A stretch of DNA of 64,000 nt from Squalus acanthias (GCA_030390025.1 CM059432.1:90398001-90462000), one strand, 5' to 3'. Shown: positions 25,620-39,282, numbered from the stretch's first letter. Translations and numbers: made by a program. The notes: generated from the letters alone by a model not told the origin.

Positions 25620-27066
25620 ATAGGAGCAGGAGTAGGCCATCCGGTCTTTTGAGCCTGCTCCGCCATTCACTAAGATCATGACTGATCTTCTGTCAACTCC
25701 ACCTTCCCACATTATCCCCATATCTCTTGATTCCCTTAGTATCCAAAAATCTGTCGATCTCTGTCTTGAATATACTCAATGAGTGAGCATCCAAAGCTTT
25801 CTGGGGTAGAGAATTCCAAAAATTCACAACCCTCTGGTGTGAAAAAATCTCATCTCCGTTCTAAATGGGCAACTACTTAATCTGAGACTGTGACCCCCTA
25901 GTTCTAGATTCCCCAGCCAGGGGAAATATCCTCCCAGCATCTACCCTGTCAAGCCCCTTCAGAATTTTGTTTCAAGGAGATCCCCCCTCATTCTTCTAAA
26001 CTCTAGGGAATATAGCCCTAGTCTACTCTAATCTCTCCTCATCGGACAATCCTCTCATCCCAGGTGTCAGTCTAGTAAACCTACGTTGCACTCCCTCTAA
26101 AGCAAGTATATCCTTCCTTAGGTAAGGAAACCTAAACTCTGCACAGTACTCCAGGTGTGGTCTCACCAAAGCCCTATATAACTGTAGTAAGACTTCTTGG
26201 GGGAAAAATTCAGCTGCTTGCGCCTCCCGTTAGCGCCTTAAGAGGGCGCTAATGGGGCGTAAAGCAGCTAACGCCCGGGCGCAGCGCCGCCCACGCCTCC
26301 CGAAAAATTCAGCGGGAGGTTAGCGGCGGCGCCAGCCGGTAGCGCCCTGTGGTGCTGCGCCGCCGGCGATGACGTCATCGCCGTGCGCAGCACCCCGCTC
26401 GCGCTCCAGCCGCGATCTTCAGTCGCGCCCCCTGATTTACCGCCAGACGCTATGTCCGACGGGTTCAGGGAGGCGTACGTGCGGCCGGGGCGGCGATATT
26501 TAAAGGGGAGGTGGCAGGCGGCCATTTTTGTTGCTGGCCGCCTGCCAGCACCTGCCCCCGTTGCTGTCCCCGGCCCCCGTGAAGCCCCCCTACCGTGAAG
26601 TGCCGGCTGCGCTCCAAGAGCCCGGCACTTCTCTTGAGTGCCGGGCTCTTTTGCCGGCACTCCCGATCCCTGGGGGCCCAGCTGGGCCCCGGTTCGCGCT
26701 GCGCAGGGTCCCTCCCCTTTAAGAAGGGGAGGAAGGCCTGCAATACCGCGGCGCGACGTGCCGCAGCGCGTGGCGCTGCGGCACGTAGCGCCAGGATATT
26801 CCCTCGCAGCGCCCCAAGAGGGATGCGGGGTGCTTCCAGTGGCGCCCCGCTTCCCTCTTGGGGCGCAACCACTGAAGTTCCGGCGCGGGGCCGCTAATTT
26901 TTTCGGGGCGCTAAAAGTCGCGCCCCGGCGAGGTTAGCGCCCCAAATGGGGCGCGACTCAATTTTTACCCCCTTTACTCTTATACTCTGATCCCTTTGTA
27001 ATAAAGGCTAATATACCATTTGGTTTCCTAATTGCTTGCCAACTTTCTGTGATTTGTGTACAAGCA
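25620..27066 (-). mobile_element. CR1 3' fragment interrupted by a GC-rich MITE
   Basis: taggagcaggagtaggcc tail; gtaagacttctt | ctttactcttatactc is continuous across 26199-26971. Confidence 0.85.
26199..26971. mobile_element. GC/CpG-rich Harbinger-type MITE (family H3)
   Basis: Termini GGGGGAAAAATTCA / TCAATTTTTACCCC; 3-bp duplication CTT (26196-26198, 26972-26974). Confidence 0.85.
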
Positions 27067-27074
27067 TATATATA

Positions 27075-29400
27075 TATGCTAGCGTCCAGCCAATTTTGCT
27101 CACCCCATGTGACACTGAGAAGTAGTTGACTACACTAGACACAGTGAAGTCGATGGATCCTGACCACATCAGTGCCGAAGACTTGGCACCAGAGCTAGCT
27201 TCCGCTCAAGATATTCCAGCACAGCTCTGATTTAAAAAATTTTTTTTTTTTAATTAGTTTATGGGATGTGGGTGTAGCTGGCAAGACCAGCATTTATTGC
27301 CCATCCCTAATTGCCCTTGAGAAGATGGTGGTGAGCCGCCTTCTTGAACCGCTGCAGTCCGTGTGGTGAAGGTACTCCCACAGTGCTGTTAGGTAGGGAG
27401 TTCCAGGATTTTGACCCAGCGACGATGAAGGATCGGCGATATACTTCCAAGTCAGGATGGTGTGACTTGGAGGGGAACTTGGAGGTGGTGGTGTTCCCAT
27501 GCGCCTGCTGCCCTTGTCCTTCTAGGTGGAAGAGGTCGCGGGTTTGGGAGGTGCTGCTGAAGAAGCCTTGGCGAGTTGCTGCAGTGCATCTTGTAGATGG
27601 TACACACTGCAGCCACGGTACACCGGTGGTGGAAGGAGTGAATGTTTAAGGTGGTGGATGGGGTGCCAATCAAGCGGGCTGCTTTGTCCTGGATGGTGTC
27701 GAGCTTCTTGAGTGTTGTTGGAGCTGCATTCATCCAGGCAAGTGGAGAGTATTCCATCACACTCCTTACTTGTGCCTTGTAGATGGTGGAAAGGCTTTGG
27801 GGAGTGAGGCGGTGAGACACTCGCTGCAGAATACCTAGCCTCTGACCTGCTCTTGTTGCCACAGTATTTATGTGGCTGGTCCAGTTAAGTTTCTGGTCAA
27901 TGGTGACTCCCAGGATGTTGATGGTGGGGGATTCGCCGATTGGTAATGCCATTGAATGTCAAGGGGCGGTGGTTAGACGATCGCTTGTTGGAGATAGTCA
28001 TTGCCTGGCACTTCTGTGGCGCGAATGTTACCTGACACTTATCAGCCCAAGCCTGAACGACGTCCAGGTCTTATTGCATGCGGGCATGGACTGCCTCATT
28101 ATCTGTGGAGTTGTGAATGGCGCTGAACATTGTGCAGTCATCAGCAAACATCCCCATTTCTGACTTTTATGTTGGAGGAAAGGTCATTGATGAAGCAGCT
28201 GAAGATGGTTGGGCCAAGGACACTGCCTTGAGGAACTCCTGCAGCGATGTCCTGGGGCTGTGGTGATTGACCTTCAACCACCACAACCATTTTCCTTTGT
28301 GCTAGGTATGACTCCAGCCAGTGGAAAGTTTTCTTTGGATGCTGGCATTTACGTGGCAGTTTGGAAAGTTGGCTCACTATGTTCTATTCACAAAATGCAG
28401 AAAAAATCTAACCTGGCTATTGCCATTCTTCCAGTTTCCTCCAATCATCAGCAAAGTGATGGAAGAAGTCATCAACAGTGCCATTAAGCAAGACCTGCTC
28501 AGTTAAGGTTCTACAAGAACCATGCGGCTCCAGAACTCGCTTTCGGTGTCAACCTGGGCATGGGTGCATGAGCTGAATGCCAGGAGAAGTGAGAGTAAGT
28601 GTCCATCAAGGCAGCATTTTACTGAATGTGGCGTCAAAGAGCCTCAGCAAGACTGAAGTCAATGGGGGGGTCAAAGGGAAAACCCTCCAGTCGCTGGAGT
28701 CATACCTGAACCAAAGGAAGATGATCGTGGTTGTTGGAGGCTGATTATTGCAGCCCCAGGATATTTCTTCAGGAGTTCTTGGGCACCATCCTTGGTCCAA
28801 CCATCATCGGCTGCTTCATCAATGGCCGCCTCTCTGTTATAAGGTCTGGAGTAGGGTTGTTTGCTGATAATTCCACAAATTGAATTCACAACTCCTCTGA
28901 TAATGGAGCAGCCTACGCCAGTGTATGGCAAGACATGGATGTTTTCCAGGCTGGGGTTGACAAGTAGCAGGTAACATTCGCGCTAGGTTATAACCATCTC
29001 CTCCTGACCATCAACAGCGCCACCATTGCTGAGTCACCCGCCATCAACATCTTGAGGGTCACCACTGACCAGAAGCTTAACTGGACTAGCTATATTCACA
29101 TTGGGTCTGCAAGAGCAGGGCAGACGCTGAGCACTCTTTGATAAGTGGCTCACTTCTGATCCCTTAAAGCCTCTCCACCATCTACAAAGCTCAAATCGGG
29201 AGTGTCATGCAGTAATCGGCTCTTGCCTGGATGGGTGCAGCTGCAACAAGACTCAAGAAGTTCAACACTGGAGCAGAGCAGTTTGCTTGATTAATCCCTC
29301 CTGCTACTGGACTCAATACCCAACCAACCGTCACTGGCATACTGTGGCTGCAGTATGTTCTATCTACAGGATATACAGCCGCAGCGCTATGGCTGAGGCA
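27075..29400 (+). mobile_element. Older family B LINE fragment split by a younger antisense family B copy
   Basis: gacttggcaccagagctagc...cacagctctgat (about 27180-27232) continues as gatgctggcatttac (about 28338), matching the order in the 17270-17350 copy. Confidence 0.7.
27233..28335 (-). mobile_element. Family B LINE, 5'-truncated
   Basis: Minus ORFs 27452..27952 and 28141..28377 ([19 protein letters not shown]); tail with T-run at the left end. Confidence 0.88.
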
Positions 29401-30367
29401 GAATCACCTGCCAGAATCCCCTCACCGATGAAAGAAAAACCAACCTGGTGGTTCTTGCCCTACCCCTCCCCTCCCATCCCCTCACCTAATTTATTTCAGG
29501 ACAGCTCAATAATAGACATTTTTCCTTGTTATATCCAGTTGATTTATTTATTCTTTCTATCTAGTTTATATTTTTTCCTGGTTACTGCTAGAATTAAAAT
29601 TCATAAAGATGATCGACCACTTCCAATTTAACTTTATCTTTTTGGAGGTGAAGTTTATCTAAACTTTAGCCTTTTAAAAAAAAAATCAACTCTCTTGCTG
29701 ATCGGTGGCATGGTCATACAGCATGTCGGAGTGGTAGGATGTAGGTTGGTTCACGCTTTAAGTTTGCAGGCTTTGCTGTATTGTGTGAAGGTGCCAAGTG
29801 ATACCAAGCAGTTTTTCGACAGGGAAGGTACAAAAACAATATTTTTTTTCTTGTGTTGCTTCTTGCCTGTTTGCCTTCCCAGAAAAAAGGAGGAAAGAGA
29901 GATCTGGGTTCTGCACTCTCCCACAGCTACTGTCAGTACCACTGTGTGATCAGCAAGAGATGTGTTTCTGTAACATGACTTTGGTTTCACAAGTTTTTGT
30001 TTAAAATTTAAAAAGCACTGTTACTGCACCCTGCTCCATCTAGTGGCTTGGACAAGAAATGGCCAATGTCGTGTCATGCAATCTGGTGATTCTACTTCAG
30101 TGAAAACACATTTTAGTACAACTTTCCGGATCTACTCTTTACAGCTTAAAATGTTACGTATTTCTTCTTTCTAGAGAGGTAGGCTTTCTAAAACATACTT
30201 TTGAAATTTGTGATCTGCTAATGTCTCGGTGCTCTGCCAAAAATGTTGACATTTTTATAAGTTAAATACATCCATCTTTAGTGAATCTGAGGAGATGCTG
30301 TTTTATAATGATTGCATTATACCACGTAAGTACTATGTATTATATATTACCCTGGCTTTGCTCACAG

Positions 30368-30414
30368 ACTGATACAGATATTCTCTCTTCCTTGAGCACC
30401 CAGAAGAAACTAGG
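30368..30414 (+). CDS. Candidate small exon (TDTDILSSLSTQKKL+gg)
   Basis: Acceptor ctggctttgctcacAG, donor GTaaaa; phase 0/2 is compatible with exons 8134-8265 and 41792-41927; short, could be chance. Confidence 0.3.
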
Positions 30415-31043
30415 GTAAAAGATGATATTTCAATATAGTACTGCATTGGGGGAAGAGGTCCCATTTCCCTGTTTCAGTGGTTCATGTGAAAGTTAAAAGA
30501 TCGCATGGCACTACTTTAAGAGCAGGGAATTCTCCTCGTGTTGTGAACACCATTCTGTCCTTAACCAAAACCACCAAATAAACCTCAAAACAACTGATAA
30601 TGTGTCTCACCAGAGTTGCAGGCAGATGAGTCAGGAACAGCAGAGTTGTGAGTTGAGAAATTATGGCAGATGCAGTTCCTGAATCCTTCACTAGATTCAA
30701 GGGATTGAAGTCCCTGATGAAGGATTGAAACCCTGGGAATAGAGCAGAAGGCAAACCCAAATATTGCCCCCCCCCCACCAAAAAAAAGGAGTAATAGATG
30801 GGTGAAAGTTGTCATAACTATTGAAACTGTGATTGGTGAGCTTATAGATATATTTTGTATCTATCATACAAAAGCTTTGCATATGAATGCATTTTATATC
30901 TGTCAGGCTCTTGGACATTACACACTGTCGAATGCAAAAGTATAAAGAAACAAAGTTAGTCAATTGCAATCTGTCTATTGTATCTGTTAGATATTAAATT
31001 TTTACATGGGGCGGCACTTTATACTAGAAACTCATTGTAAGTA

Positions 31044-31462
31044 CAGGAAACTTTCGTTTATCCGGCACCCAAATATCCGGAATTCTCGCTTAACCGGCAA
31101 AAATCATCCTCCGAAAACTCCTCTCAAATAACCGGCAATGTTGCCGAGTCGCAGTCGAGTCTCCGCGAACGCCGAGTGCTCCGAAAACTCCTCTCAAATA
31201 ACCGGCAATGTTGCCGATCCCGAGTCCGAGTCCGCGAACGCCGATTTAGTCAGTAGGGGTACTTTTCAAAAGTGCCACTACTCGGCCTCCTGGCGCTGTC
31301 GGAAGTCCGAAACACTGCAGTAGCAGGAGTTGATTCTCCCGCGCTGCCTGGAGTCTCTTTGTTAAAAATAGCCTCGGTAGATATAACTCTCCGTTATCCG
31401 GTACTTTCGATAAACCGGCACCACGCCGGTCCCGTCGATGCCGGATAAACGAAAGTTTCCTG
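31044..31462. mobile_element. Tc1/mariner (pogo/Tigger-type) MITE
   Basis: Perfect 24-bp TIR CAGGAAACTTTCGTTTATCCGGCA; TA on both sides; internal ~70-bp tandem repeat at 31109/31179. Confidence 0.9.
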
Positions 31463-32113
31463 TACCTGCAGTACCTTTTACTCCTGTAGGTGGCCATGAG
31501 CTAGGTATTTCAATGTTTAAGGTATCACACTGTGAAATCTGAGACACTGGAAAGCTGCTATTTTAGAGTGAGAGTATGTCACCTTGTGATTGTGCAATCT
31601 GGTCACCACGTTCCCATAGATCTTTTTTGATATCTTTTTCATCTGCCATATTTTTCAAATTAACTAAAATTTTTATTGTCCAAAATAAAATAATAAAAAC
31701 TAAAAAAAAGTACATATTTCACTATGATTAAATATATCTGTGGAATTGTCTTTTGTGCTTGTTAATGCCTTCAATAAAGTTTTTACTTGAAAGCCTTAGC
31801 ACTTCTCAAAAGCTTGGGATTAGACTTGATATTTTGTTCAGACAGGTGATTCTGTCAGCTAAAATTTGGATTGTACAGTCTAAGCATGTTCAGTGTAACT
31901 AATTTTCCAAGATGCATCAGTACTGTCCAGTCAGCTACTCTGATGGGATACTTTTCTTCACCACCTAGCAATTTCTACTCTGTAGCTTTTATTATTATAA
32001 AGGTAAGAAGATTAATTTCAAATGCTTTACTGAGGTTAACTTTATGTTGTGATTTTCTGTCCTCCATGTGTGCTCTATCTCTTGTTTTGTTTCTCTCTAC
32101 CTACCTATTTTAG

Positions 32114-32453
32114 TTCTTTTGAAAACCATTTGAAACACTTCTCCTGATTTCTACATTGTGTAAAGGGGAGGGAGGAGATAGCATTTGGTGGGGCTGCAGG
32201 TGATCTGGGAGCAGCTGGAAGAATGAGGTCTATATTGGCTGAGGAGCGAGAGCGCCTTGAGTGCTCAGGGTCTGTCGGTGGACTAGTAACCATCGGGAGG
32301 CCAGATGAGGAAAACCTCAAACAGAACCTCCTAGAGGTCTGGGAGGTTGAGGTGGATGTGTGTGAGCATCGGGAAGCAGGTAGACCGAAGTAAAGTAGGT
32401 GGCAACGTGGAGCATAAAGCCACAGCAACACCTACCTTCTAGAGGTCCGAAAG
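32114..32453 (+). other. Exon-like segment with in-frame stops (pseudo-exon, poison exon or non-coding exon)
   Basis: Long polypyrimidine tract plus tttTAG acceptor, AAG|GTATGT donor, GC step relative to flanks; the best frame has TGA, TAA, TAA. Confidence 0.35.
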
Positions 32454-35400
32454 GTATGTATAGCTATCTAAGTTTAAAATATTCAAAAACATCTCAAACC
32501 TGTCTACAGTTAAATTGGAATTAATATCACCAACCAGTTTCAATTTTTTTCTGAAAGGTTCCTTTTTTTTTCCACCTATTGTCAAAAAATCAGCTGTCCT
32601 GCTGATCAGTTGGAGATCCTACATGCTGTATAATGGAATGGTAGGATGCAGATTGACCTATAGCCAGAGTTTTCGAGCTTAGCCATACTGGGAAGGCATA
32701 AAGGTGATAACTGGCACTTTTACACAGAGAAGGTATAATTCTAGCCGCTTTTAAGCAGCTCCTTGTGACCACTTTCAGACAATCAGAGCTAGTGCCTGGG
32801 AGCAGGTGTCTCCCATTCCTGGCTGGGGTTGTTGCATGGTGTAGTGTTTGGGGGGGGGGGGGGGTTAGTTGAAACAGAGAAAATGCTTTACAAAAAGTTG
32901 AGCCGTTGTACTGTACTTAGTAAGTTTTGGTTTTTCATTTTGTTTGAGACTTGGTGAAAGTACTCCAACGCAACTACTTTGAAGTATTCATGATCCTTGT
33001 TTTAAAAAGAAAATCGGTGGACCTGAAAGGAAAATGGGCGGAAATAGCCTGTTGTAGAAGCTGTGAAAGTTGCTGCATTTGTGCACGTACAAACATTTTA
33101 AACTTGATATTTTAATAAGAAAACAAAAATAAGCAAATTGTTTGAGTACTGCAATAATTTAGAAACATAGAAAAATAGGAGCAGGAGCAGCAATTTCTAT
33201 GCTGATTGCCTGAAATAAACTTAACAGTTGCCAAAACCAACACACTTTAAAATTTCAAAGCAGGTGGCACACAAATATAAAGGTTAGAAGTAATCTAATA
33301 CTCAAGGTAATTACAGCAAATAGTAAATGTAATAGTCTGAGGAATAACGCAAGTTATTTTTATCCAGAAACCCATCTACTCCAACCCACACATGAAGCTT
33401 CTGTTTTAAGACATGTTTTCCCACAATGCAGCAGAGAATCTTGCTGATTTATGTGTTTTCTATTAGATTAGAGGATGGTCCTGATGAGTCCTAATGTATA
33501 ACTGGTTATAATACATATGGAACATTAATTTATATTCGAAGTGCAGATTATTCATTGAAGATGCTTCAATAACATTACAAGTTAATATGTGTGTTAACAA
33601 TATTGCGTATCAAGATTACTGATGGAATAAGCACTGACTGGTGCTGTTGGCACAAAAAAACTCAGTAGATCTGAATATCACTCACTAAGTTCAATTAAAG
33701 CATTATTTAATAAAGTTACAAAACTGTATTCTCAGGCTTCAATTGACTGCTAGGAATCACTCAAACCTGAGTTTTGCAGTTCACAGCGTCATCTATACAT
33801 CTCAATTATGTAACACCCTAGAAACACTTCCACAGGTTCTGTCTGCAATCGGAAACAAATATGAAGAAACAGAATGTTCCTGTAATTATTGTTTGTTTCA
33901 TTGGGATAATGGAATGCCCTGTATGTTTAACTATCGTCATAAAACAGTATGTATGACATGCAGATTTTGTTTTCAAACTTGGTGTAACATCAAATTTATG
34001 TGCATCACTAAATTATTAAATTTATCAAAACCTTTTTGCACTTAGTTTCTACTATTTTGTGCCTAGCAGCACATGAGACAAACCCATTTCTTCCACTGCT
34101 TTTACATCCAGGAGCTCATGCTCTGGGTTGTTTTTGTAACAAAGGCCCCATTTTATGTGGACCGGTCGTTGGCCTGAGCGGAGATGGGGTGGGGGTGAGG
34201 AAATGACTGGGTAGATGTGATGGGAGTCATCATTCCACTCCCATCGGACGTGAGTACCCAGCTCAATGTCAACCCAGTGTTGAGAAACTGGAACTCTTGT
34301 CTCCGCGGTCTACAATGGGACTCAAACGCATAACCTTCTTACTCAGGTGAGAATGCTACATTGAGCCAAAACTCACGCTTGCAGTTGATTTACTGATCTA
34401 AAATTTATTTCACCACAAAGAATTTCATGTTTTGCTGCATTGCACTGCATCGGCTGTCCACCCAGTCCACTAATCTGTCTATGCCCTCCTGCAATCTTAC
34501 ATTTTTTTCCTCATAGTTTGCCATGTCTGCTAATTTGCTGAGCATGGTGTGGGTTCAGTGAAATTTGTGAATTCTGCAGCATCCTGAATAATTACTAATT
34601 TTTTTTCCAGGTTCCATTGAAACGAGAAGATTATAACTAGGGTAGATGCTCACCTGCGGTATACTTCTGTGCATGATTTATAGTACATGTACAACCTCTT
34701 GCATATTTAACATGTGTACTACATTTTTAATTTAAGTTTTGGAGTGATATATAATTGTGATGATGTAGATTATTTGTGTAAAAATGACAGTAGGATAGTA
34801 ACATCTTATCTCACTAATTGAATGGATTGGAAAGCTTGAGAGAATCCTAAACACTATTCTGCTATCATGCCGAGTCAAATAAGACTGATCAACTGAGGCC
34901 TACAGTTCACAAACTCTCCATGCCACAACTAGAACTTCTCCTCAAGATTGTTTTCCAGTTTTATTCACATTAGAAAATTGCTGTTCCATCATTTTGTCCA
35001 ATATCATATTGATCAGAAGCGAATTGTTGTTTCCACTGTGTAAATACTTGCACAGCTCCCCATTTCTATGTTAATTGAACTTGGGGGTTTTCAGAATTCT
35101 AAGCACCTATGTTGTGTATTAACCAAAAAAAACCAGTGGCAGGATGGTGAGCTGCATTCTTGCTGCAATCCATCTGATTTGAAAAAAGTCAGGGGTTCAG
35201 TTAACAGCCATTTCCATTCATTCTATCATGGCTTTTTTGAGGTTTCCTTAGTCAGGTCTCAATTGCCAATATTTGTAAAGGAGCTACTCAACACATTTAT
35301 TAACATCACTGTTTACATTTGGCAAATGTTTTTTGCAGCAGTTTGGAGCACCCCAGGAGGGTCCCTTCTACATATTCTGCACCACTTTGTTATATTCAAG

Positions 35401-36879
35401 TGAATTAAAAAAAAAACTACCATGAAGGAGTCTTCTCCATTCTTCAAATATTAGCCTTTTTCACATTCTGGCATCCCTCCCAACCATCGGCTTGTTTTTA
35501 TCCATTCAGGCCCTGTTAGGTTTGTTTTTGGTGAGGATAAGTATTTTATTGGTTCAGATCAGCTTCATGTCAAAATGAACTGATACTATTATATGGTCCT
35601 GGGGCTTTATATAACGTGGAAGGTCATGTTTGATTTGCCAAATATGTGTGATCATGACTATGAATTTGGGCATGCCTAGCACCTGATGTTCCCAGAAACA
35701 TTCAAGCTTAGCTGAAGTCCTGTGGTGTTTGAAGGAGGTATATTATTGGAAGAATGACAAAAACAATACAAGGTAGATAATGTACCTTTGTTATCTTTTG
35801 GATCAGTGTGGATTTTGAATATTGTTTGTTACATAATGAGCTGAAATTGAAGGGAAAAATAGAAATAAGTAGGTTCGGATCAATTAGAAGAGTAACATTT
35901 ATTTATATAAACATATTAAGATAAGTGGGTTATGTTTCCATAATAAATGAGATTTTTTTCACTTACCATATGGGAGGTACTGTACTTTCTGGGCTGATTC
36001 TCCATAAACTTCCACTTAAAAGCTCCTCTCAGACATGCAGATTCAGCAATCTGCTGCAATGGGATTTGAATTTTCATGTAACTGACAAAATTGTTAATCA
36101 TTGCTGTGTTTTTATGCTTTTTACAAACTGACAGAGCAGTGTTTACACTTCTTAATGGCTTCCTTTATGGTTGCTAATTGATTTGCTTCATTATCATATT
36201 AAACCTTGATAGTATGCCATTAGGGTAGTGGAATGCAGTAAATGAGCTGTTTGATGCTGGAACATAATGAACTAATTAGGCTAATTAAAATCAATATGTG
36301 TGCCAATATCTAAGCAGGAATTGGAATGCTACTTTTATCTGTGGAAGCCACCAACTTAGTAACTGAGATCTAATACTGATTTATGAGTGCCTGATGATCA
36401 TTAGTTGGAATAAATTGCTTGTAGTAGTCGAAACAGCATTATTCAAGTAGATGATACTAAGTGCATTGTTAGGTCATCAAAAAGGGCAAGCATACATATG
36501 TTGTAGATTGTCACCTTAAACCTCTGTTCATATATCAGGCTGCCGATGTGAACAGCAATTTTACTTTTATGCTGGAACTGTTATTAGATGGTGTAAACTA
36601 CGTTGTGTGATTGCATTTCACTATGATGGTGAAATTTGAACAAGTAGTTAAATATTAGAATGCGATGCTTCCTCCTAATTAAAATACTTTTGTAGCATAT
36701 ATACCAGTAAGAGAAATACAATAAAACAATATTACAGACAAGTTACACCTGACAATGCTTCTAAATTGCATTAACAAATCCCACTGTCAGCTTACACATT
36801 CAGATTCACTTTGGTTCAATGGGAGTTTTACCAGTGTGTCTGAGCTATGATGTAGATGTAACACTACTTTGTAATATTA

Positions 36880-37500
36880 ACGTCTATGCAAATTGTTACT
36901 GTTTAAACATGATGAAATGTCCCAGTGTGCTTTAAAATGGAGGGAGAGAATGAACACTGAGCAGGAGTTAAGGGACAGAAGACGATATCAAATAAATGAG
37001 ATTTGAGGAGATTTTTTTGAAGGTGGGGAGAGTGTAGCGTGGTGTAGGGGTTTGGGGGAAGAGATTTTGAGAGCAGGATCATGTTCGCTCAAGGCTCTGC
37101 CATCAATCGTGGAGTGAAGGGTGAGTGCATAGCAGGGCAGAGTTGGACTAGCAGAAGGCATGAGGTGTGAAATTAGGCTAGAAGAGATTCTACAGGCAGG
37201 GTGGGATGAGACCATGGAAGGATTTGTAAACCAGAGCAAGGATTTTAAATCAATGTATTGGGCGGGGATGGGGAACACTTGTAGCTTGGCGAAGAAAGAA
37301 AGTTTCCTATGAGAGGATGCAAGTGGCGGAGTTGTAGTTTGTGTAGGATGGAGCTTGGGGAAGGGAGTGTGTTCAACCTGAGATGATAAAGGCATGTAGG
37401 AAGGGATGGCATAGTGTTAAACGGATGGAAAAGGGTGGTTTTGGTGATGGATAGAATTGGGGTTTGAAGCTTAGATTGGGGTTAAACTGGACACTGTATA
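36880..37500 (-). mobile_element. Old L2 LINE 3' fragment
   Basis: Same layout as 9725-10430 (gatttg..aa..gattttaaaatca..cattg/tattg); minus ORF with IDLKSLL..HPACRISSSL resembling an L2 C-terminus. Confidence 0.6.
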
Positions 37501-39186
37501 CAGCGTATCCATGTGCTTCCAAGGTGTGACTGGAATAACCAGGCCCAATGCAGAAAACAAAAAGGCACACCTCGTGTCAGCAACAACGACAATTGTGGAA
37601 GTCTGCAGTGGACAGCACATGGTGAGTCAATAGTGGCTATGCTTTCTAATCATAAAAGGCCTCAGATGGGCTTATTATTCAGAATACAGTACTTGGTTGC
37701 AAAATATTTGATGTCAATGGCAAAGCTGTTTTGTAGTCCAGTGCCCTGTAGTGTTCATGCTAAAGGTTTAATATGTTGGTGTTTGTAATGATAAAGTATT
37801 TGGCATTTTTATGTGAATCTCTTAAACTGGGATAAGAGAAGCCAGGTGGGTGAAGACCCCATCCACCTTTAATTGCACTTGGCAAATCACAGTAGGGTTG
37901 TTAGCTATTTAATTGCGCGGCAGTCTCCTAGCTCGGTCTGTGTAACTTGTAAATGAAAGAAATGTGAAACTGTTCAGTGAAATTTAAGAAGGTAACTATG
38001 AGAAACTGCTTATAAGTACTTACCTATACATAGCTTTTTTCCCCCTTTTTGCACAAATTCTTGGGTTGGGGGAGGGGGGAAGAGAGCTAGATAACAACGT
38101 ATATTGCTGGACTGTGCATTCATTCCTAAGATTTGGGTTAGAATCCAGCTCACGATAATCCTGCTCTTGTCAGATAGCTGTAAGGGTCTAGTGTGCCTTG
38201 AATTTGGACAGTCTCATCAGCTTCCTTCTGGACACAAGTGCAAAGTGCAAGCTGGCCATAAATTTTGCAGTAGAGATGAGAGAATAGTTTGGTGTAAGCG
38301 GTGGGGAAAATTCACGTGATGCAGTCAGGGATGTTTTAATCTTGTAAAGACTTGTCGGAGCTGAGAATAGGAAGCTTCATTCTTCCTCTGGGTAGTGTCA
38401 TATCTGGCTTTGGGGTCCTTACTTTTTTCTTCAAATCTTTATTACATTGTGTAAACTTTATACATGTTGTGTTATCCGTAAAATAGCAATTACACGAGAG
38501 TTGAAAACTCAGGATCTTGCATAGTTCTGCCCATTTCAATCATCATTGATCGAATATTGTTGGAGCAACAATGACTATCCTCCACACGTGCTTTGGACTG
38601 TCCAATGCTCTTTCATTGAATTATTATGTACTGTAGCTGTGTCACGGCTTATAGTTTGTGGATGCCGCTGGCTACTTTAAGGATTGCCTCATCTGCCTTT
38701 TGATATTTTCTCCAAGGGTCCCTCCTCCAGGCACTCATCTGCCTGAAGCCATTGACACTTTCTGGAGGTAGCCAGGTTATTGAACCGCCACCAGGCGCTT
38801 TGTATTGATCAGTCATATGTTGTACCGTCTACTGCCATCACAGTAACTGGTTTTAACACCTGATCTGACACCAGTGCATTTCAATAGCTCTATGCAGTGA
38901 CGGGTTTAAATGTATTCATTGGCAGGAGGCACGGGTTCAGCAGGGTAGATGGGTCAGGTCTTATTGGGCACTGGATGTAGGAAAGGTTTGAGTAGTGAGT
39001 GGTTCCTGGGGTTTGTAGTTGGACAATATTGTGCTGGAGGTCCAAGTCCATTATTGTATCCTGTTGATGGCCAGATGAACCTTGGTTGTTTTTCACGTAG
39101 TAATTCCCAAGTTCCTATGAAGTGTTATCTAGATATTTTGCCCTATGTCATCCTATTCAACGCTAAAGCAAACTGGGGTATATAGA

Positions 39187-39282
39187 AACGTTAACTTGGT
39201 TTCTCTCTCCACAGATGCTGCCTGACCTGCTGAGTATTTCCAGCATTTTCTGTTATTTCAGATTTCCAATATTTTGCTTCTG
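39187..39282 (+). mobile_element. Penelope-like element terminal fragment
   Basis: gaaacgttaac..tctctctccacagatgctgcctgacctgctgagtatttccagcattttctg, recalled as a common shark Penelope-type tail; similar piece at 43742-43852. Confidence 0.55.

Noticed and set aside
26268..26937. Overlapping Ala/Arg/Pro/Gly-rich ORFs as a gene
   Set aside because: Stop-poor by-product of the GC-rich MITE; bounded by TIRs and TSD
27233..29400. Twin-priming inversion of a single LINE
   Set aside because: The two arms overlap in consensus coordinates and differ in decay; the plus copy continues from 27075-27232, so this is a nested insertion
30175..30325. Exon between a strong acceptor (ttctttctAG) and a CAC|GTAAGT donor
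   Set aside because: Stops in all frames and only 42 nt from the next candidate acceptor; cannot be supported without transcripts
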